A stretch of 39,294 nucleotides of DNA from assembly GCA_964622465.1 (NCBI GenBank), contig CAZUQH010000006.1, positions 1 through 39,294 on the forward strand. The letters are read 5' to 3'. The translations under genes and the position numbers were made by a program. A model generated the notes under the pieces. It saw only the letters and a program-made list of their open reading frames with translations. It searched no databases and was not told the origin of the DNA. Each line of letters opens with the position of its first letter. Position 1 is the stretch's first letter. The stretch is from an uncultured bacterium. GTDB lineage: Bacteria; CG03; CAZUQH01. Below, in pieces: positions 34,780 to 39,294 of the stretch.

Positions 34780-35793
34780 ATGATACTTACGCTTAAACTG
34801 GATGTGACAGAAAAACAGATACAGGAGACGATAACAAAAATAGAGGAACTTGGCTTCAAGGCGCATACATCCAGAGGTGCGCAGCGCGTTACGCTTGGCG
34901 TAATAGGACAGAACGCAGCCAGCTATAGAGAGGTGTTTGAAGGTTACGACTGGATAGAGTCAATTACGCTGATTTCAAAGCCGTATAAACTTGCGAGCAG
35001 AGAATGGAAAAAATCAGACACGGTAGTTTCTGTGGACGGACTGGAAATTGGCGCTAAAAGAATAGTCGTAGTTGCTGGTCCCTGCGCGGTTGAGAATTCC
35101 GAAATACTGCTTCAGATAGCAAAAGCCGTAAAAAAAGCAGGTGCAACTATACTGCGTGGCGGTGCATTCAAACCGAGGACTTCGCCGTACAGTTTTCAGG
35201 GACTTGGAGAAGATGGCTTAAAGATGCTTGCTGATGCGCGTTCTGAGACGGGTTTGAAGATTGTTACTGAGGCGATGAGTCCGTCGCAGGTAGAGCTTGT
35301 ATCACGTTACGCGGATATGCTCCAGATTGGTGCCAGAAACATGCAAAACTATGACTTATTAAAAGAAGTTGGCCAGGCGGAAAAACCAGTACTTCTGAAG
35401 CGCGGTATGTCAGCAACAGTAGAAGAATTACTCATGTCAGCTGAGTATATTCTTTCCCAAGGCAACAAAAACGTGGTCCTTTGCGAAAGAGGTATTCGCA
35501 CGTTCGAGACGTCAACAAGGTTTACGCTTGACCTGAACGCAATACCAGTTATAAAGAGACAAAGTCATCTGCCGGTTATCGTTGACCCATCACATGGTAC
35601 GGGAGTAAGAAGTCTTGTGCCGGTTATGGCTGGCGCGGCGGTTGCAGCAGGTGCAGATGGACTGCTGATAGAAGTGCATACTGAACCGAATCGCGCGCTT
35701 TCCGATGGCAAACAATCAATCTATCCAGAGACGCTGAAAGAAACAATAGAGAGAATCAGAGCGATTGCAGAATGCCTCGGTCGCGAAGTTTAG
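34780..35793 (+). CDS. aroF: 3-deoxy-7-phosphoheptulonate (DAHP) synthase, type I-beta with N-terminal regulatory domain
   Basis: A ~70-aa ferredoxin-like N-terminal domain, then a KDO8PS-like barrel with [33 protein letters not shown] and DPSHG. Confidence 0.85.
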   Translation: MILTLKLDVTEKQIQETITKIEELGFKAHTSRGAQRVTLGVIGQNAASYREVFEGYDWIESITLISKPYKLASREWKKSDTVVSVDGLEIGAKRIVVVAGPCAVENSEILLQIAKAVKKAGATILRGGAFKPRTSPYSFQGLGEDGLKMLADARSETGLKIVTEAMSPSQVELVSRYADMLQIGARNMQNYDLLKEVGQAEKPVLLKRGMSATVEELLMSAEYILSQGNKNVVLCERGIRTFETSTRFTLDLNAIPVIKRQSHLPVIVDPSHGTGVRSLVPVMAGAAVAAGADGLLIEVHTEPNRALSDGKQSIYPETLKETIERIRAIAECLGREV

Positions 35794-35804
35794 TGGCTCC
35801 TTCC

Positions 35805-36692
35805 ATGTTTGAATGCGTTTCCATTATTGGCGTTGGTCTTATTGGCGGGTCTATTGGTATGTCAATCAGGAAGCGTGGATTAGCACGAAAGGTGATTGGC
35901 ATAGGGCGGCATCCCGAAAAGCTCAAGCTTGCACAGCGTCTGGGCGCAATAGATTCATGGACAGTTGATATTTCTAAGGGGCTCAAAAATTCTGACCTTG
36001 TCCTGTTGTGTATTCCTCCTTCCCCGTTGCCCGGGATAGTCAAGCAGGTTTCAATTGTTGTAAAGCCAGGAACGATTGTAACGGACGTGACCGGAGTAAA
36101 GGTTAAGCCGCTATGCGAGTGTGAGAAAATACTTTCTTCACGGAATATTCTGTTTGTTGGGTCTCATCCGCTCGCCGGGTCAGAGAAAAGTGGCGTGAAG
36201 TACGCAAGCCAGGACCTTTTTGAGGGACATAACGTCCTTCTGGTGCAGAACTCGCGGACTAACAAGATGGCGCTTAACAAAGTGAAAAAATTGTGGGACT
36301 CGGTTGGAGCCAGCGTTAGTATCACCACGCCTCAGGAGCACGACCGCCAGATAGCGCTTTTCAGTCAGCTTCCACATCTGTTTGCGGCGCTACTTATGTC
36401 CAAGGTTTCCGAAGACATAACAAAAAATCCTCAACACAGGTCTTTTTTAACACCATCGTTAAAGGATATGACCAGGATAGCAGCTTCTGATCCAGAATTG
36501 TGGGCTGAATTATTTAATGCTAATTCAATAGAACTTGTCAGAGTTTTGAAATCTACGATAGACGAGTTAAACGGTTGGATGGAAGATATCGGCCGTGGAA
36601 AAGTTGCAAATTTGAAAAGAAAGTTTAAAAGAGCGAGTGAATTCAGACGTAAGTTAGAGGAAATAGCCTGTTGTCCGACGTTGAGAAAATAA
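35805..36692 (+). CDS. tyrA: Prephenate dehydrogenase
   Basis: IIGVGLIGGSIG Rossmann motif and GSHPLAGSEKSG. Start moved to ATG 35805, after the aroF stop. Confidence 0.8.
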   Translation: MFECVSIIGVGLIGGSIGMSIRKRGLARKVIGIGRHPEKLKLAQRLGAIDSWTVDISKGLKNSDLVLLCIPPSPLPGIVKQVSIVVKPGTIVTDVTGVKVKPLCECEKILSSRNILFVGSHPLAGSEKSGVKYASQDLFEGHNVLLVQNSRTNKMALNKVKKLWDSVGASVSITTPQEHDRQIALFSQLPHLFAALLMSKVSEDITKNPQHRSFLTPSLKDMTRIAASDPELWAELFNANSIELVRVLKSTIDELNGWMEDIGRGKVANLKRKFKRASEFRRKLEEIACCPTLRK

Positions 36693-37969
36693 CCGGAAAG
36701 TGCGCCTTGCGTGGAGAAGTACTCCTTCCTGGCGACAAATCAATTTCCCACCGTGCCGCAATTCTTTTGTGTCTCTCAGATGGACAGGCAAAGGTGCGCA
36801 ATTTTTCTCAGTCAGAAGATGTGTGGTCTACTGTAGCAGTTTTACAAGCACTCGGTGGACAATTTGAGCGTGCTGGTAATGGGATAATTGTCCGAGGATT
36901 TGGCGCGCGTGGCCCTGTCCAGCCAAACGCTCCTCTGGATGCACAAAATTCTGGTACCACAATGCGTCTCGTCGCCGGTGTTCTTGCCGGCTGGCCCATA
37001 AAGACGCGTCTTATCGGAGACGAGTCGCTCCAGCAGAGACCAATGAAAAGGATTATAGAGCCGCTTTCTTCTATGGGCGCAGTTATTTCTGGTACCCAGA
37101 AAGGGACTGCACCGCTGGAAATTCAAGGTGGTAATCTTAGTGCTATTGAGTGGCAATTGCCGGTTGCGAGTGCGCAGGTAAAGTCATGTATTATGCTCGC
37201 AGGACTGCGCGCTCGTGGCCGTACCATAGTCACAGAATCACCTGTCTCACGTGACCATACAGAACGGATGATGAAATATCTTGGCATAAATCTGGATGAA
37301 AAATATAATGATAACCGTCATACGGTTGCACTTGAAGGGTTCCAACGGTTACAACCGCATGACATTTCTGTGCCGGGTGATTTTTCAAGTGCTGCTTTTC
37401 TGATTTCCTGCGCATTATTGTGTGAGGGGTCTTTAATCAAAATAAAGAACGTCGGGGTCAATCCTACGAGAACAGGTTTTTTCAAGATATTGAAGAGTAT
37501 GGGAGCACGGGTTGAACTGGAGAATAAGCGTGAAGTTTGTGGCGAGCCAGTTAGCGATATTGTCGCCAGATATTCAAAGTTAAAAGCAATAACCGTAGGT
37601 CGAGAGCAAATACCATCTCTTATAGATGAAATTCCAGCACTCGCGGTATTGGCTACGCAGGCAATTGGCACAACGCGGATTACCGGGGCAGGGGAGTTGC
37701 GCGTAAAAGAGAGTGACCGGCTTAAAACAATCACCGTGGAATTAACGAAGATGGGCGCAAAGATAGAAGAATTACAAGACGGGCTGGTAATAGAAGGGCC
37801 AGTTTCCCTGAAAGGGGCGACCGTAAGTTCACAGAGTGACCATCGCATCGCAATGGCTCTCGCTGTTGCAGGTCTTATTGCAGATGGAGAGACAATAATA
37901 GAAAAACCGGAATGCGTATCGATATCTTTTCCTAACTTCTTTGATACCTTGTCTTTCTTTAAAAAGTAA
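36671..37969 (+). CDS. aroA: 3-phosphoshikimate 1-carboxyvinyltransferase (EPSP synthase)
   Basis: TTG start as in the track. LPGDKSISHR, NSGTTMRL, LRVKESDR and DHRIAMA. Confidence 0.9.
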   Translation: MSDVEKITGKCALRGEVLLPGDKSISHRAAILLCLSDGQAKVRNFSQSEDVWSTVAVLQALGGQFERAGNGIIVRGFGARGPVQPNAPLDAQNSGTTMRLVAGVLAGWPIKTRLIGDESLQQRPMKRIIEPLSSMGAVISGTQKGTAPLEIQGGNLSAIEWQLPVASAQVKSCIMLAGLRARGRTIVTESPVSRDHTERMMKYLGINLDEKYNDNRHTVALEGFQRLQPHDISVPGDFSSAAFLISCALLCEGSLIKIKNVGVNPTRTGFFKILKSMGARVELENKREVCGEPVSDIVARYSKLKAITVGREQIPSLIDEIPALAVLATQAIGTTRITGAGELRVKESDRLKTITVELTKMGAKIEELQDGLVIEGPVSLKGATVSSQSDHRIAMALAVAGLIADGETIIEKPECVSISFPNFFDTLSFFKK

Positions 37970-38010
37970 ACAGATTGCTAATCTCCGGGCAGATAAATCA
38001 TATCTTATCT

Positions 38011-38685
38011 ATGCAGGAATACCAGAATAACATAATTACTATTGATGGGCCGGCAGGCGCTGGCAAGACGAGCGTTGCGCGTGAGGTTGCGCACCGTCTT
38101 GGGTGGAATTATTTAGATACCGGTGCTTTGTATCGCGCAATTACTTATCGTGCGCTAAAAGATAAAATTAACCTTGACGACAAACGCCGTCTTGTATCGA
38201 TAGCGCGCTCTATAAAGTTTGACGTCAGAACAGTCAAAAGTAACCTGCGAATATTGGTGAATAGCGAAGATATAACCGAAAAGATAAGGTCTCCGCGGGT
38301 AACTGAGAATGCCAGTATTGTCGCGGCAGTTGATGGTGTCAGAAAAATTCTCAGAAGTACGCAGCGCCAGTTGGCCGGAGGCGGTCGTATGGTAGTTGAA
38401 GGACGGGATATAGGGACAATGGTTTTTCCACGCGTGAAGTTTAAATTTTACTTAGATGCCAGTATAACGGAACGCGCAAAGAGACGCTGGAAGGATTTGA
38501 AGGCATCTGGCAGAGAGGTGGATATAGAGGAAATAAAACAGGCAATCGCAAAGCGTGACGAAAGAGATACAAAACGCGGATTATGTCCCCTGAGGGTGCC
38601 AGAGAATGCTTATGTAATTGATTCTACTCTGCTTTCACAGGCACAGGTTGTAGATATAATTGTTAGTAGGGTAGAAAATGGTTAG
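38011..38685 (+). CDS. cmk: Cytidylate kinase
   Basis: IITIDGPAGAGKTS P-loop, YLDTGALYRA and EGRDIGT. Start moved to ATG 38011. Confidence 0.88.
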   Translation: MQEYQNNIITIDGPAGAGKTSVAREVAHRLGWNYLDTGALYRAITYRALKDKINLDDKRRLVSIARSIKFDVRTVKSNLRILVNSEDITEKIRSPRVTENASIVAAVDGVRKILRSTQRQLAGGGRMVVEGRDIGTMVFPRVKFKFYLDASITERAKRRWKDLKASGREVDIEEIKQAIAKRDERDTKRGLCPLRVPENAYVIDSTLLSQAQVVDIIVSRVENG

Positions 38686-39294
38686 GTCGCTGTATCTGGT
38701 TGGATACATTCTTTTCAATGTTTTTTTCCGGCTCCTTGGTTTTCGGGTGGAAGAACTGGAAAATGTACCAAAAAGGGGTGCAGTGATTATTGCCCCGAAT
38801 CACGTTTCTTACTGGGACCCTCCACTCGCCGGTTCTGCATTGCATCGGCCACTCTTTTATATGGCAAAAAAGGAACTTTTTGCAAAGCCGGTTTTGGCTC
38901 AGGTCCTGAAGTCAGTAGGTGCTTTTGAAGTTGCGAGGTCTCGTGCAGACATCGGTGCGTTCAGAAAAGCACTTGACCTCCTCAAAAATGGCAATGCAAT
39001 TCTTATGTTTCCTGAGGGTGCACGTGGACGGCGTTCACACATGAGGCATTCCAGGAGTGGCATCGGCCTCGTTGCTGCCTATTCACAGGCACCTGTAGTT
39101 CCATGTTTTATTTACAACAGCGACCGTATAAGTAAATTTGCAAGGCCCATCGTGCGGTTTGGGAAACCGGTAAAATTTGAGAGGGGCAGTAGTAGGAGTG
39201 GAGGGAAATTCCTTAAATTTGGCAATGAAATTTTGGATATGATTAAAGAGATGGATTGCGAAGGTATGTATACTCTCGGGAGTTTTGGTAAGAG
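38678..39294 (+). CDS. plsC: 1-acyl-sn-glycerol-3-phosphate acyltransferase family protein (3'-partial, runs off the window)
   Basis: This ORF is not in the track because it has no stop. I translated it by hand from ATG 38678: MVRSLYLVGY...APNHVSYWDP (HX4D)...MFPEGARG. It stays open to nt 39294. Confidence 0.8.
   Translation, partial: MVRSLYLVGYILFNVFFRLLGFRVEELENVPKRGAVIIAPNHVSYWDPPLAGSALHRPLFYMAKKELFAKPVLAQVLKSVGAFEVARSRADIGAFRKALDLLKNGNAILMFPEGARGRRSHMRHSRSGIGLVAAYSQAPVVPCFIYNSDRISKFARPIVRFGKPVKFERGSSRSGGKFLKFGNEILDMIKEMDCEGMYTLGSFGK

Noticed and set aside
1-39294. tRNA, rRNA, riboswitch or other structured ncRNA genes in the few intergenic gaps (10342-10391, 13596-13740, 15665-15742, 24670-24740, 28669-28800).
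   Set aside because: The gaps are too short for rRNA. None shows a cloverleaf-compatible arrangement or a recognisable riboswitch core. Their content is explained by the promoters and the hairpin repeats described above.

Overview
This is a 39.3-kb, very gene-dense bacterial window of moderate GC. I call 42 CDS, and 41 of them are on the + strand. Many junctions overlap by 1-4 nt (ATGA or TAATG), so the window reads as a few very long co-directional transcription units. Almost all of the content is housekeeping.

Gene content in order:
- A cell-envelope glycan block: TPR protein, WecA/MraY-like transferase, FAD oxidoreductase, NAD-epimerase/dehydratase and a GT4 glycosyltransferase.
- A LeuC/LeuD-type two-subunit hydro-lyase followed by icd, ndk and ackA.
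- The rpmF-plsX-fabH-fabG-acpP-fabF-rnc cluster, with no fabD.
- An acyl-CoA dehydrogenase with etfB and a ferredoxin-fused etfA.
- smc, a TagA-family glycosyltransferase, a metallophosphoesterase, a small membrane-anchored Ser/Thr kinase, a LysM protein and a DJ-1/PfpI protein.
- One minus-strand alpha/beta hydrolase, then a CCA-adding-enzyme family gene.
- A two-gene AbiEii-like nucleotidyltransferase module, an M50 protease, trpS and scpAB.
- An aromatic amino-acid block (pheA-hisC-aroF-tyrA-aroA), cmk and a 3'-truncated plsC.

I found no rRNA, tRNA or CRISPR array.

The most unusual signal is a family of short structured hairpin repeats. The arms are GTCATTGCGAG...CGAAGCAATC, with a variant GTCATCMTGAG...GAAGGATC. 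I count at least nine copies.
- Two inverted copies bracket a 95-codon GIY-YIG nuclease gene and nothing else.
- Other copies form gene-less inverted pairs.
- One pair is inserted in frame inside the catalytic-core region of the CCA-enzyme gene.
- Other copies donate the C-terminus and stop codon of the GT4 gene and of rnc.
- Two identical copies bracket leuC.

I interpret this as a GIY-YIG-associated miniature mobile-element family. That interpretation is inference. The repeats themselves are directly visible in the sequence.
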